A DNA stretch of 64,000 bases from Pseudomonadales bacterium (lineage in GTDB: Bacteria > Pseudomonadota > Gammaproteobacteria > Pseudomonadales > DC-out160). Location: NCBI GenBank assembly GCA_019090455.1, contig JAHRWA010000054.1, positions 4,506-68,505 of the forward strand, in the 5' to 3' direction. The notes beneath the pieces were generated by a model. That model was given only the letters and a program-made list of their open reading frames with translations. It was not told where the DNA came from and made no database searches. Position 1 is the first letter of the stretch. Every line of letters begins with the position of its first letter. The position numbers were made by a program, and so were the translations under genes. Below are positions 63,287 through 64,000 of this stretch, piece after piece.

Positions 63287-63850
63287 CGCACACCGGTCAG
63301 AGCCAATCCGAAGGTCCTCTACAGCATACTTCATAAAGCGGCGTGGAAAACCATAAAGACCCTGGGCGCAGATCAAAAAAGGTTGGACGGTAAAATGGGT
63401 ATGACCTCCTTTTTACATACCTGGGGTCAACAGATCAATCATCACATACGCCTACATTGCATTGTTTAAAACAATGGTATTTGGCTAAGTCAACTTACCT
63501 GTTTCCCGTAAGAGCCATGTCACGAGTGTTTAGAAGCAGCTTCGTCAGTCAACTACGCTCAGCTTACAAAGAGCAGAAAATAGGCTTTCATGGCCAGAGC
63601 GAAGCGAGCTACTGCGTCGCTATCTATAGCATGTACTTCCAGTAGGATTCATGCGTATCCGTCACTACGGTTTTTAGGCAGTCGCTACAAGCAGAAAAAC
63701 CTTGATCTGATTCGGCGATTATAAAGAGCCGCACCGGTTATCCGAAAGGTTAAACCAGCGGAGAATTATATTGAGCAGATGCGAAGAGTGTCGGGAAAAG
63801 AATTGGATCAGTGCAAAGCCTGCAAGCAAGGGCGACATCCCCCGATTTAG
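63287..63850 (+). mobile_element. Decayed IS91-family (Y2/rolling-circle) transposase remnant with frameshifts, stops and internal deletions
   Basis: Three frames carry IS91-like blocks: KVLYSILHKAAWKTIKTLGADQKRLDGKMGMTSFLHTWGQQINHHIRLHCIV*, YLFPVRAMSRVFRSSFVSQLRSAYKEQKIGFHGQ, and FMRIRHYGF*. After a slip in a T-run comes LGSRYKQKNLDLIRRL, then KELDQCKACKQGRH. Confidence 0.65.
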
Positions 63851-64000
63851 GCTGCTTGCCCCGGATTAGAAAAAAGACCTGACACTCCTCTAGTGTTTTA
63901 GTAAAAGATTCAAACATTGGCGCTCTTTAAATCAAGAGGGTGGGATGGTGCTTGTGCTAAGCTCAAGAATCACGGAAATAACACACAATTTAGGGCTCGA

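Overview
This 64-kb chromosomal segment comes from an AT-rich heterotroph, probably a marine gammaproteobacterium (taxon is inference only). It is dominated by hydrocarbon and lipid catabolism.

Left end: the 3' part of folD, a methyl-accepting chemotaxis protein, and an RND efflux pair with no outer-membrane gene.

Centrepiece: a 12-gene co-directional block at 7155-19235.
- An AraC-type regulator.
- A divergent copper membrane monooxygenase (CuMMO) operon in C-A-B order, with every known copper-ligand motif intact.
- A translationally coupled fourth gene. It encodes a secreted, C-terminally anchored protein whose predicted mature N-terminus is His.
- A CoxM/S/L-type molybdenum hydroxylase. 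Its active-site loop is not the CO-dehydrogenase type.
- A MoaD/ThiS-like small protein.
- An acyl-CoA dehydrogenase (ACAD) pair.

Rest of the window:
- Two more adjacent ACAD pairs (three in total).
- Two DUF35 + thiolase-like pairs that lack the nucleophilic Cys.
- Five SDRs plus one frameshifted SDR.
- An acyl-CoA synthetase, a family III CoA-transferase, a Zn-ADH, an LLM oxidoreductase and two amidohydrolases.
- A CYP153-type alkane-hydroxylase P450 with no redox partners nearby.
- Two paralogous lipoprotein esterases in inverted orientation.
- An NfeD/SPFH pair.
- A LysR + response regulator + 7TMR-DISM hybrid kinase cluster.

Right end: decayed tyrosine-recombinase and IS91-family transposase remnants carrying a 21-bp perfect hairpin.

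Other structure: several strong hairpin terminators, one a 29-bp perfect palindrome built from the last codons of a gene. There is also a recurring pattern of short tandem repeats sitting on or next to gene termini.

I saw no rRNA, tRNA or CRISPR array. All calls come from reading the translations and the DNA by eye; no database search or computation was run.
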